Shown here piece after piece: positions 48,483-61,576 of a DNA stretch of 64,000 bases. Origin of the DNA: an uncultured Verrucomicrobiae bacterium (GTDB taxonomy: Bacteria; Verrucomicrobiota; Verrucomicrobiia; Chthoniobacterales; Chthoniobacteraceae); assembly GCA_963828525.1 (NCBI GenBank), contig CAWHEP010000004.1, forward strand, positions 32,001 through 96,000, written 5' to 3'. How positions within the stretch are numbered: the stretch's first letter is position 1; every line of letters begins with the position of its first letter. The position numbers and the translations under genes are program-made. Below the pieces are notes generated by a model, which worked only from the letters and a program-made list of their open reading frames with translations, was not told the origin of the DNA and searched no databases.

Positions 48483-51083
48483 ATGCAAGTAGCTCTGGAT
48501 ACCTTGGTCGGGCGTCGAGTGATGCCGATGAATGGTCGGCACGGCAAGCTAACGAGGTCGGCGGGCAGGTTGCTGGTTCCCGTCAACAAGAGGCGTCGGG
48601 AGGTCTCGGATTTTAGCGTGACTTTTCCCGAGGATCATCGGGTTTCATTTCACAGCGGGCACCGCTTCTCGTCGTGGCGCAGCCAGTTCTCACGAGAGTT
48701 CATTACGCGCTGTTTCAGCGCGTTGGAAGTCCGGGAGGTTGAAATCGATACTGTCGCCCGTACGGCGGAACTTCTTCTCCACCCCTCCTCGCATCCACCG
48801 GACGTCGCGCGGAAACTTGCGAAGATCTTCCGTGGAGAGGTCGCTCCAGATATCAGCCCCGTTTTCTGCGCCCATCTTCAGCGAGCCCTGCCGAAGACCC
48901 AGCCCCGTCTCCGGGCGTTCCGCTTCGGTCAGATCATTAGCACATGGGAGCTTCGTTCCTCCGATCCAAAACGCCTCAGGCTCCGCAACGCCTTGATCAT
49001 CAACAAACCGTACCTTGTGAAGCTCATCGAGCAGGAGTTGATGAGCCTGCTCGGGATTGAGAACTATAAGGTGCATCAGCGCGCTGGCAGTATCACCATA
49101 GACTACTGCTGCAGGACGATTCACCCCCAGCAGATCGTCCAAGGACTCGACAACGCGATCTCCAGGGCTCCCGCTCGACAGCCGAGGACAAGGCGTGACT
49201 TCGATCTTCCCATCGCGACGACTTCTCTTGTGCTCTCGGCCTCAGCCACCTTTTTTGTTCCGGCTTTGCTGCCGGTCGGCGCGCTCCTTATGCTTTGCAC
49301 GGCCATCCCGAGTTACAAGCGCGCCTATCGTGTGATTTTCAAACAGCGCCGCATGGGCGTGGATGTGCTCGATAGCACCATCTTTACCGCCTGCTTGTTC
49401 ACCGGCCAGATTTTTGCGGGCGCGATGACTGCCTGGTTCCTCAGTTTTGGACGTCGTTTACTCCTGCGCACGCGCGCCGATTCAGCCAAGGTTTTGCTGC
49501 AGGTGTTCGGCAAACAGCCAAGCCTGGCGCGCGTCCTGAAAGGGGGCCTCGAGGTGGAGACCTCGTTGGACAGGATAGAGCGAGGTGATCATGTGGTCGT
49601 TTACACAGGCGAGGTAGTGCCTGTCGATGGGATCGTCTTCGAGGGGGACGCAATCCTGGATCAGCATGCGCTCACAGGTGAATCAGCCCCTGCCGAAAAG
49701 ACCGCGGGCGACAAGGTTTTCGCTTCTACGGTGATGCTGGCGGGAAAGATCATTGTGGAGGTAGAACAGGCCGGCAAAGAAACGGCCTCCAGCAAGATCA
49801 GCGCGATCCTCAATCAAACTGTTTCCTACAAGCTTAATTCCCAATCCCGAGGCGAAGAACTTGCAGATAAAGCGGTTGGTCCCTCCTTCGGTCTCGCCGC
49901 CATCGCGGGCAGCGTTCTGGACGTAAGCGGCGCTCTCGCCGTCATTAATTCAGAGATGGGAACTGGGATTCGCATGGCGGCGCCTCTGGGCATGCTTACC
50001 TCTCTCACCTCCTGCGCTCAGAACGGCATCTTGGTGAAGGATGGCCGGGCCTTGGAAATCATGCGCAAGGTGGATACAGTCCTTTTTGATAAAACTGGGA
50101 CGCTTACTCGCGAAAAGCCGGAAGTAGCTCGCATCATCTGCTGCAAACCCTACACCGAAAAAACCCTGCTCACCTACGCCGCGGCCGCCGAGCAGAAATT
50201 CACGCATCCCATCGCCCTCGCAATCCTCGAAAAGTTTAACTCTCTCGGAGAGCCGCTCCCATCCCTGGATGATTCCAAGTATCAGGTTGGCTACGGCATT
50301 ACGGTGGAGATCAACAAACAGACGGTGCGGGTCGGCAGCCGCCGGTTTATGGAGATGGAGAAAATACCGATACCGGCATGGGTCGATGTAGAGCTTGCGA
50401 CCATGCACCGGGACGGAAATTCCTTTGTGAATGTCGCCATCAACGATGAGATGGCGGGCGTGCTGGAACTCTCCTCATCTCACCGCCCGGAGGTTGAGGA
50501 AATCCTGGCTGGCCTGCGCGCTCGCGGCGTGAAGCACCTCGCTATCATCTCGGGAGATCATGAAGAGCCAACACGGCGACTCGCTGAGAAGCTTGGAATG
50601 GATCGCTACTTCGCCGAGGTCCTTCCGCAGGACAAGGCGCGCTACGTCCAGAAGCTGCAGGCGGAGGGCCGCACAGTCTGCTTCGTTGGGGATGGAATCA
50701 ACGATTCCATCGCGCTCAAAAAAGCAAACGTTTCCATCTCCTTGCGAGGCGCTTCGAGCATCGCTACTGATACCGCGCAGATCGTCTTCATGGAGGAATC
50801 GCTATCCAAGATCTGCGCCCTCTTTGACTTTTCCAACGGGCTTGAGGCGAACGTCGAGAGGAGCTGGTATCTCATTCTTTTGCCTAACAGCTTCTGCATA
50901 GCGGGTGTATTCCTCTTTGGCTTTAACATCTGGCACTCCGTTTTCTTCAATAACGTTTCAGCCTTGCTCTCACTTGCAAATGGGATGGTGCCTCTCAAGC
51001 AAGTTGAGACGGTCCATAAAAAATGGGAGACCAATCTGAATCGGGCTCTCCAAGCCGCGCCGAAGCCTCCGTTACCCGTCTGA
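48483..51083 (+). CDS. P1B-type (heavy-metal family) ATPase with atypical TM motif and tandem N-terminal HMA-like domains
   Basis: LTGES, DKTGTLT (50088), HP and GDGINDSIAL are intact. No CPx; VINSEMGTGIRMAAP occupies that position. Start may be 48522 or 48528. Confidence 0.9.
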   Translation: MQVALDTLVGRRVMPMNGRHGKLTRSAGRLLVPVNKRRREVSDFSVTFPEDHRVSFHSGHRFSSWRSQFSREFITRCFSALEVREVEIDTVARTAELLLHPSSHPPDVARKLAKIFRGEVAPDISPVFCAHLQRALPKTQPRLRAFRFGQIISTWELRSSDPKRLRLRNALIINKPYLVKLIEQELMSLLGIENYKVHQRAGSITIDYCCRTIHPQQIVQGLDNAISRAPARQPRTRRDFDLPIATTSLVLSASATFFVPALLPVGALLMLCTAIPSYKRAYRVIFKQRRMGVDVLDSTIFTACLFTGQIFAGAMTAWFLSFGRRLLLRTRADSAKVLLQVFGKQPSLARVLKGGLEVETSLDRIERGDHVVVYTGEVVPVDGIVFEGDAILDQHALTGESAPAEKTAGDKVFASTVMLAGKIIVEVEQAGKETASSKISAILNQTVSYKLNSQSRGEELADKAVGPSFGLAAIAGSVLDVSGALAVINSEMGTGIRMAAPLGMLTSLTSCAQNGILVKDGRALEIMRKVDTVLFDKTGTLTREKPEVARIICCKPYTEKTLLTYAAAAEQKFTHPIALAILEKFNSLGEPLPSLDDSKYQVGYGITVEINKQTVRVGSRRFMEMEKIPIPAWVDVELATMHRDGNSFVNVAINDEMAGVLELSSSHRPEVEEILAGLRARGVKHLAIISGDHEEPTRRLAEKLGMDRYFAEVLPQDKARYVQKLQAEGRTVCFVGDGINDSIALKKANVSISLRGASSIATDTAQIVFMEESLSKICALFDFSNGLEANVERSWYLILLPNSFCIAGVFLFGFNIWHSVFFNNVSALLSLANGMVPLKQVETVHKKWETNLNRALQAAPKPPLPV

Positions 51084-51095
51084 CCCATCGCGCCT

Positions 51096-51938
51096 GTGAT
51101 TCAAATTTTAAAAAAAGGCGAGACCTCGTTGACCACCCTGGAAGGGGGCGAATTGGATGCCGCGGCGATCAAGGAAGCTCTTTGGATCGATGTTCTTCAG
51201 GCGTCGGACGCGGAGGAGAATCTGGTCGAGAAAGCCTTGGACATCAGCCTTCCAAGCAAGGAAGAGATGCTTGAGATCGAGGAATCCAGCAGGCTTTTTG
51301 AAGAGGACGGAGCCCTCTTCATGTCCTGCTGGTTGCTGTGCTATGACTCGCCAATCCCGATTAATGCCTCGCTGACCTTTATAGTCACTCCGGAGCATTT
51401 TCTCAGCATTCGCCACTCCGATCATCACGCATTCCGCATTTTCTCCGGGGGACAGAAGCGGAAGCAGTCCCGTCGGTTTCGCAACACGGGGGATGTTTAT
51501 GCTGAACTCATGGATGCCATCACCGGCCACGTGGCTTACACGCTCCGACTGGTGGAGCAGGATCTGAATAATCTATCTGTGGAAATTTTTGCGGAGCAAA
51601 AAGGGCATGTCCGCCGTTTCCGGCCCATCGGCCTGAAGCGTGTTGTGAAGCGATTGGGTAAGAGGAATTCCCTCGTTGCCAGCTTGCGCGAGAGTTGCGT
51701 CAGCCTTTCGATGATCACGCCCTTTTTTGCCGCAAACGGCAAACCATGGTTGACGCCTGAGGCCTCCTCCCGGCTGGTCACCTTGCAGCGCGATATCCAA
51801 TCTTTGGGAGAGTACAACGTGCAACTCTCCTCTGAAATTGCCTTCCTTCTTGATTCGACGGTTGGCTTGATCAACTTCGAACAGAACCAGATGATGAAGT
51901 GGCTCGGCGCCGCGGCGATCCTCGTGGCTTTTCTTTGA
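51096..51938 (+). CDS. CorA-family Mg/Co transporter-like protein, truncated before the GMN motif
   Basis: LWIDV, LPSKEEMLEIEESSRLFEE and IAFLLDSTVGLINFEQNQMMK, then a stop after a short hydrophobic helix. Confidence 0.82.
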   Translation: MIQILKKGETSLTTLEGGELDAAAIKEALWIDVLQASDAEENLVEKALDISLPSKEEMLEIEESSRLFEEDGALFMSCWLLCYDSPIPINASLTFIVTPEHFLSIRHSDHHAFRIFSGGQKRKQSRRFRNTGDVYAELMDAITGHVAYTLRLVEQDLNNLSVEIFAEQKGHVRRFRPIGLKRVVKRLGKRNSLVASLRESCVSLSMITPFFAANGKPWLTPEASSRLVTLQRDIQSLGEYNVQLSSEIAFLLDSTVGLINFEQNQMMKWLGAAAILVAFL

Positions 51939-54022
51939 AACGGGCGGGTTCAGGATCAAGAGGACTCACGCGACGGGAAGCGCCCGGCCTGGCCGTTGTG
52001 CCTCGTGGCGGGGATCATTTTCTATTGTCCGGCACGGCCATTGAACGCGCGTTGCGTCCAGCCCATCGGCGGGCTTTCATGGATCGCGTTTTCTCCGTGG
52101 GACAGGTCGAATCGCTGGAGATAAATTGCGAAGACAACCGGGCGCGCGTGGGCTTTTCGAGAGGACGATCGACGCCTGTTTTGCTGAGGCTGTTAGCCAG
52201 CGCGATGCGCTCGGAACGCGTCGAGCGGCTCCCAAGTTCCGACCTTGGCCTCATTGCGGAAGTCTCAGGCGCGCGTCATTTGAAAATGTGGCGTGAGGGG
52301 CGGCGGTTGACGTTCCTGCGGGTGAAGCGCCTTGGACGGGAGCGCCTCCTCGTATCCCACCCTGTGTTTTCAGATGCTTCCCTGCGCGGCGCCCTTGTCG
52401 CTGAGTTGGCAGGCACTGCCTACCTCTACGATCCCGCCTCATCAGGACGCTTCGGCGGCTCGGTCGACGTCCGCTTTCAAAGCGGGCGCATGACGCTCGA
52501 AAGCATCTTGGAGATCATTGAGTCTGTGACGTTCCGAACCCTCGCGTTGCGGGAGCAGGCTGGATTGCAGCCGATCCGATTTAGGAAAGTCTTGGTGAAT
52601 ACAAACCTCGCTCTGGCTCTGGTCTCAGACTACCTCTTCGCGCCCGCGCGTATCGCCAGCGTCTTCACGCTCTGGTTGTTGAATATCCGGCACGTCTGGC
52701 CCGCTTACCGTTCCCTGCGCGCTGGCCGCTTTAACCTTGACGTGCTCTACACGACCATTGCGTTTCTTACCCTTTTGTCTCTCAGCTTCACGGGATCAGC
52801 GCTCATGTACTGGTTGCTCGAATTCTGGCCTGCCCGCGTAAAGCAACTGCGTGACACAGAGACCGCCAAATTCCTGGCCCGCATCAGGCGCTGTCCGCGA
52901 ACAGCGTGGATCGAACGAGGAGGAGCGGAGATGGAGGTTGCCCTTGCTGATCTGCGACAGGGCGACACGGTCATTCTGCGACAGGGCGATGTGGTTCCGG
53001 GGGATGGCTTCGTGCTTTCGGGAGAAGCAACAGTGACCGAAGGCTGGAGCGGCAGGCGCCGGTCGCTCAAGGCGGGCGGTGACATACATGCCTCTGGAGA
53101 GATCGCCAGCGGCGAAGTGCGAATCAGGATCGATTCTCCTGGCTCCGGCGTCATCACCGCGCAGTTAGCAGAATGGCACGGGCGTTCCACCTCCCTGCGC
53201 GTCAAAGATCCGCGAGTGGAGCGTTTTGCAAACTCGGCTGTGCTCCCGGCCATTGCGCTTGGCGTCGTCGCGATCTTGCGTGGTGGCGTTTCCATGGCGA
53301 AACCCGTCATACGTTCCGATTACCTCACCGGCCCCTCTCTCTCTCGAGAGCTTGGCTGGGTCACATCTGTTATCCAGGCCGCCCAACACGGCGTGTTCAT
53401 TGGCAATGACGACGCGCTCAGAAAGCTGGCGGAGTGCGACTGCTTCGTCATCAGTTCCGACATAGGGTGGCACGAAGGAGACCGTTCGCCGGGTCAGGTA
53501 TGTGAAGCATTGCGCGGCGTTGGCGTCGAAGTCGTTTTGCTTCATACCGGGAAATCCTCATCCTCTGTTCGCGGCAGGAATGGCGATGATCGCCCCTCAG
53601 GGAATCTCGACATGCGCAACGCGAGCATCCTCATTAAGGAAAGGCAGTATCTGGGACGGCAGGTAGCCTTCTTCGGCGATTGCATCGCGCAGAACGACGC
53701 TTCGTCACAAGCCGATGTAGGCGTCCATGTCTGCGCGCCGCCCTTCGCCAAATCTCCTCCCAGCGATATTGTTCTGCTCGACCCCTCCATGGATGGCATT
53801 GTGGCGTTGCGCGAGATAGCCGCGAAATACAATAACGGTCTCCGCGCGACGTTCGGGACCGTGCTTCTCCCAAACGCGGCTTGTGTGGTTGGCGCCCTCT
53901 ACTTCGGTCTCCCAATCATCGGAGCCATTGTTCTGACAAATGCGGGAACATTCGCAAGCTATTTTCAGGCAAGTCGGGCATTGAGAAGGGCAGGGGATTC
54001 AAAGGGATTAGCCCAGAATTGA
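51935..54022 (+). CDS. Degenerate (pseudo-enzymatic) P1B-ATPase paralog
   Basis: Same domain order as the upstream ATPase (GDVVPGDG, RQVAFFGD, LLPNAAC) but no TGES, no DKTGT and no N-domain. TTG overlaps the CorA TGA. Confidence 0.8.
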   Translation: MKRAGSGSRGLTRREAPGLAVVPRGGDHFLLSGTAIERALRPAHRRAFMDRVFSVGQVESLEINCEDNRARVGFSRGRSTPVLLRLLASAMRSERVERLPSSDLGLIAEVSGARHLKMWREGRRLTFLRVKRLGRERLLVSHPVFSDASLRGALVAELAGTAYLYDPASSGRFGGSVDVRFQSGRMTLESILEIIESVTFRTLALREQAGLQPIRFRKVLVNTNLALALVSDYLFAPARIASVFTLWLLNIRHVWPAYRSLRAGRFNLDVLYTTIAFLTLLSLSFTGSALMYWLLEFWPARVKQLRDTETAKFLARIRRCPRTAWIERGGAEMEVALADLRQGDTVILRQGDVVPGDGFVLSGEATVTEGWSGRRRSLKAGGDIHASGEIASGEVRIRIDSPGSGVITAQLAEWHGRSTSLRVKDPRVERFANSAVLPAIALGVVAILRGGVSMAKPVIRSDYLTGPSLSRELGWVTSVIQAAQHGVFIGNDDALRKLAECDCFVISSDIGWHEGDRSPGQVCEALRGVGVEVVLLHTGKSSSSVRGRNGDDRPSGNLDMRNASILIKERQYLGRQVAFFGDCIAQNDASSQADVGVHVCAPPFAKSPPSDIVLLDPSMDGIVALREIAAKYNNGLRATFGTVLLPNAACVVGALYFGLPIIGAIVLTNAGTFASYFQASRALRRAGDSKGLAQN

Positions 54023-54156
54023 CTTGGAGAATCTCTGTCGCTACCTTCCGAACTCTGCCTCCCCCAGTCGGTCGCCGTTGCGACGACGGAAGGCATCCTG
54101 GCAACATCCCAACGTGCAACGCCGGGCTAAACCCGGCTAATGAAGCAAATATAGCT

Positions 54157-57100
54157 ATGATCCCCCTCAGTAATCGATTTGTGTATTTTTGCCTTTTCAT
54201 GGCTCTCTTCCGCGGGACGGGCCGAGCAGATGCCTCGTCCAGCCTTCCGCCTGCGACGGTCTTAGCCGACTCATGGCAGATGCAGGATGCGGCTCTGGTT
54301 CCGGATACAGGCGCGCAACTTTCCCAGGCGTCGTTTACCGCCCAGCGCTGGTATAAGGCAACCGTTCCCGGCACAGTCCTTACGACTTTGGTCGACAACG
54401 GCGTCTATCCGGAGCCCCTCTACGGCGAGAATAACCGGCCTGACAAAATTCCTGAGTCGCTTTGCCGGAAGGATTGGTGGTATCGCGCCAGCTTCCCTGT
54501 CCCCGCCGCATACGCGGGAAGGAAGATCTGGCTCAATTTCGCTGGTATCAACTACGTTGCCGAGGTTTGGGTGAACGGCGCGAGAGTCGGCGCCATCAAG
54601 GGCGCGTTCACTCGCGGGGTGTTCGATGTCTCCTCCCTTGTCAAACCCGGCCAGGCAGCAGCGCTGGCAGTACGCGTATCTCCTCAACCCCATCCCGGCC
54701 TCCCATTTGAGCACACGATTGCCAACGGCCTTGGCAGCAACGGGGGACTGCCCACCATCGATGGTCCTACATTCCTTTGTTCTGTCGGTTGGGACTGGAT
54801 ACCCGCGATCCGCGACCGCAATACCGGTATCTGGCAGAAAGTCACGCTTTCCGCTTCCGGGCCGGTTGTATTGCAGGACCCCTCTGTAACGACAGACCTG
54901 GCCTTTCCCAGCCTCGCTTCGGCGGATATCACGATTCAGGCGAAGATTCAGAATCTGACGGCTCAGCCTCAAAATGCCATTCTGAAAGGGAGCTTTGGCG
55001 ATGTTACTTTCGCCAGGTCTGTGCAACTGGGGGGATCAGCCGTGACGGTGGTCTCGCTTGATTCCAGAAGCCTGCCGCAGCTTCACCTGATAAATCCCAA
55101 GCTCTGGTGGCCGAACGGTTACGGCCCTCAGAATCTATATACTCTGCGGCTTTCCCTTGAGGTCGGCGACATGGTTTCTGATGTCACCGATACCATGTTT
55201 GGAATCCGAAAGATTACCTACGGCAGTTCTGAAAAGGATAATCTGACTATCTCGGTGAACGGGGTGCGTACCTTCATCAAGGGTGGCGATTGGGGGTTGG
55301 ACGAGGCGTTGAAGCGTATTCCCCGGGAGCGACTCGAGGCTCAGATTCGCATGCATCAGCTCGCTAATTACAACATCATCCGCAACTGGGTCGGTCAGAG
55401 CACGGAAGCCGATTTTTACGATCTTTGCGATAAATACGGCATTCTGATTTGGGACGAGTTTTTTCAGCCCAACCCCGGCGATGGACCCAACGCCCCGGAT
55501 TTACAAACCTACATGGCGAATGCCCGCGAAAAGGTGACTCGCTTTCGGAATCATCCATCGATAGCCCTTTGGTGCGGCCGCAACGAGGGGCGCCCGCCAA
55601 AGGAGATCGACGACGCGCTCACCAAGCTCACCGCCGAACTGGACCCAAGCCGGCTATACCAACCCAGCTCCACCAGCGGCAGGGGCGTTCACTCCGGCGG
55701 CCCGTACCGCTGGCGGGTTCCTCGCGAATATTACGCGTTTCCTGACGGTGAGGCTTTCAAGACGGAGATAGGCAGCGTTTCGGTGCCCACTTGGGAATCG
55801 ATTCAGGGAATGATGCCGGAGAAAGACTGGACCCAGATCAATGACGACTGGGCGGAACACGATCTCGCCAGCGGCGCCCAAGGCGGGAACGGCTACCCAG
55901 GTATGATGGCCAAACGATACGGAGCAATTGCAAATGCCGCCGACTTCGCTCGCAAGGGTCAACTGATGAACTACGAAGCTTTCCGAGCGATGTATGAGGG
56001 ACGCGAAGCAAAAATGTTTCACTTCGCCACCGGGGTTATCACATGGATGAGCAATCCGGCCCAGCCGAGTTTCGTCTGGCAAATCTATTCTCACGATCTG
56101 GAGCCGAATTCCGCCTTGTTCGCGGTGCGCAAGGCCTGTGAGCCAATACACATCCAATTCAACGAACAACTCGGCTCCGTCCAGGTGATCAACAATACCC
56201 CGAGCAGCCTGAACGGGGCCAAGGCGCGCCTAAAGATATTCAACATGGACGGTTCTTCACCGTTTCAGAAGGAATACACCGTAGACGCGCCAGCTAGCGC
56301 TGAAACGGACCTGGGCATCGTGAGCCTGCCTCCCACGCTCTCATCGGTTTACTTCATCAAGCTTCAACTTGTGGCCGCTGACGGCGCGTTGCTATCTGAC
56401 AATTTTTACTGGCAAGCCACGGCTCCCCACAGTGATGACTTGACCGCCATGGCAAAGTTGCCCCTTGCCACCCTCCAGGCGCGGATCGCTCGTCGCGATG
56501 CGGATGGCAAAACTTTCCTGGACGTTACGTTGCGCAACCCCGCTCAGACCGTGGCCGTCGCGGCTCACTTGCAGCTTCACCGGGCAACTTCCGGCCAGCG
56601 CGCGCTGCCTGTATACTACTCGGATAACTACGTTTCCCTGGTCCCAGGCGAGGAGAAGACGATCATCACCGAGATCGCTACCGCCGATCTTAAAGGAGAG
56701 AAGCCGCTCGTTCTGGTCGACGGGTGGAACGTTGGCGTGAACCCGGTCGATACCTCTGCCGCGAGCCTCGCGCTCAATGAAAATGCTCAGACGAGCCACT
56801 GGCCCGCGTCCGGATTAACCATAGTCCAAGGTCGCCCCCGCGATAATCGGCAGACAGATTTTCGCATCAATTGTGGGGGCCCCAGCACGGACAGCTTTCA
56901 GGCCGACGACTTCTACTCGGGGGGGCAGCCCTTCTCCAGTGGCGTACCGGTCAGCACCGGGACGCTATCCGTTCCGCAGACCGTTTTTCAGACGGGACGC
57001 AGTGGCGATGTTCAATACCTCTTCTACAACCGTCCGCAGAAAATCCCGGTTTGGTATCACGTCCGCCTCTACTTCGCGGAGAACACATTCCACGAAGCCG

Positions 57101-57381
57101 GAAAACGGCGATTCAACGTGGAAATCAATGGCCACAAAGTCCTGGAGGATTTCGATATATTCCGCGAAGCGGCCGGACCTAAAAAAGCTGTGGTGAAGGA
57201 CTTTCCCCTTATCAGTTCGAATAAGGATGGAACATTCGAAATCAAGCTGGAGACCGGCTCCGCGGGCGAGCCGGAAATCTGCGGGGTCGAGTTGTTCAAG
57301 ACGAAGGCTCCGGAGCCTCCCAAAACCCAGGCGAAACCCTCAGCGGCGCCTGGGAAGAAACCCAAGAATACTCAGTCCTAA
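54157..57381 (+). CDS. Secreted glycoside hydrolase family 2 (exo-beta-glucosaminidase/beta-mannosidase-like) with C-terminal malectin domain
   Basis: VPGTVLTTL, GWDWIP, RFRNHPSIALWCGRNE and KTEIG; malectin-like RINCGG...VRLYFAE...RRFNVEING...FDIF. Confidence 0.9.
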   Translation: MIPLSNRFVYFCLFMALFRGTGRADASSSLPPATVLADSWQMQDAALVPDTGAQLSQASFTAQRWYKATVPGTVLTTLVDNGVYPEPLYGENNRPDKIPESLCRKDWWYRASFPVPAAYAGRKIWLNFAGINYVAEVWVNGARVGAIKGAFTRGVFDVSSLVKPGQAAALAVRVSPQPHPGLPFEHTIANGLGSNGGLPTIDGPTFLCSVGWDWIPAIRDRNTGIWQKVTLSASGPVVLQDPSVTTDLAFPSLASADITIQAKIQNLTAQPQNAILKGSFGDVTFARSVQLGGSAVTVVSLDSRSLPQLHLINPKLWWPNGYGPQNLYTLRLSLEVGDMVSDVTDTMFGIRKITYGSSEKDNLTISVNGVRTFIKGGDWGLDEALKRIPRERLEAQIRMHQLANYNIIRNWVGQSTEADFYDLCDKYGILIWDEFFQPNPGDGPNAPDLQTYMANAREKVTRFRNHPSIALWCGRNEGRPPKEIDDALTKLTAELDPSRLYQPSSTSGRGVHSGGPYRWRVPREYYAFPDGEAFKTEIGSVSVPTWESIQGMMPEKDWTQINDDWAEHDLASGAQGGNGYPGMMAKRYGAIANAADFARKGQLMNYEAFRAMYEGREAKMFHFATGVITWMSNPAQPSFVWQIYSHDLEPNSALFAVRKACEPIHIQFNEQLGSVQVINNTPSSLNGAKARLKIFNMDGSSPFQKEYTVDAPASAETDLGIVSLPPTLSSVYFIKLQLVAADGALLSDNFYWQATAPHSDDLTAMAKLPLATLQARIARRDADGKTFLDVTLRNPAQTVAVAAHLQLHRATSGQRALPVYYSDNYVSLVPGEEKTIITEIATADLKGEKPLVLVDGWNVGVNPVDTSAASLALNENAQTSHWPASGLTIVQGRPRDNRQTDFRINCGGPSTDSFQADDFYSGGQPFSSGVPVSTGTLSVPQTVFQTGRSGDVQYLFYNRPQKIPVWYHVRLYFAENTFHEAGKRRFNVEINGHKVLEDFDIFREAAGPKKAVVKDFPLISSNKDGTFEIKLETGSAGEPEICGVELFKTKAPEPPKTQAKPSAAPGKKPKNTQS

Positions 57382-57444
57382 AGCGCGGCGGTAGTTGGGA
57401 TTCCTGCGCAACGCAGGCTTGCAGCCCTGCGGGCCTAAGGAAAT

Positions 57445-57474
57445 AAAAACGGCCGGGGGTGTTGCCCCCGGCCG
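57445..57474 (-). terminator. Rho-independent terminator of dnaK-groES-groEL
   Basis: Minus strand reads CGGCCGGGGG-CAACA-CCCCCGGCCG followed by TTTTT. Confidence 0.85.
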
Positions 57475-57505
57475 TCTCTAATCCTAACTTAGAAGCTCGC
57501 GCTTC

Positions 57506-59140
<1,635 letters not shown>

Positions 59141-59172
59141 AACTTTAGTTTTTCTCCTGTTTTCTCTGTCGC

Positions 59173-59466
59173 TTAGCCGATGATGCCGAGGATATCGTCC
59201 TCGCGCATGATGAGGTAATTCTCACCATCGACCTTGATTTCCGTTCCGCCGTATTTCGAGATCAGAACTTTGTCGCCCTGCTTGACGGTGAACGCGATTC
59301 GCTTGCCTTCGTCGTCGAGCTTTCCAGTCCCGAGGGCGATGACCTCGCCTTCCTGTGGCTTCTCTTTCGCCGTATCAGGAATGATGATGCCGCCTTTTTT
59401 TACTTCCTTCTCTTCGATCGGATGCACGAGCACGCGGTCTCCAAGAGGCTTTACATTAATTGCCAT
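59173..59466 (-). CDS. groS: Co-chaperonin GroES
   Basis: [20 protein letters not shown] and KYGGTE motifs. Confidence 0.99.
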   Translation of the reverse strand: MAINVKPLGDRVLVHPIEEKEVKKGGIIIPDTAKEKPQEGEVIALGTGKLDDEGKRIAFTVKQGDKVLISKYGGTEIKVDGENYLIMREDDILGIIG

Positions 59467-59554
59467 GTTTTCTCCTTGTTGTTGTTGCTATTACCGACGC
59501 GGCCACCGGGAGTGGGAGTCCCACTCCTTTCGGCGGCGCATTCTGTAAATCTGA

Positions 59555-61546
<1,992 letters not shown>

Positions 61547-61560
61547 CTAGGCGTCTCGTT

Positions 61561-61576
61561 AGCAAATGGTATTCCA
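61561..61576 (-). promoter_or_regulatory. Putative sigma54 -24/-12 promoter of the dnaK operon
   Basis: Minus strand reads TGGAATACCATTTGCT (GG-N10-GC with TTGC), 35 bp upstream of the dnaK ATG. Confidence 0.6.

Noticed and set aside
57300..57381. APEP near the GH2 C-terminus as an exosortase sorting signal
   Set aside because: No hydrophobic transmembrane segment follows it.
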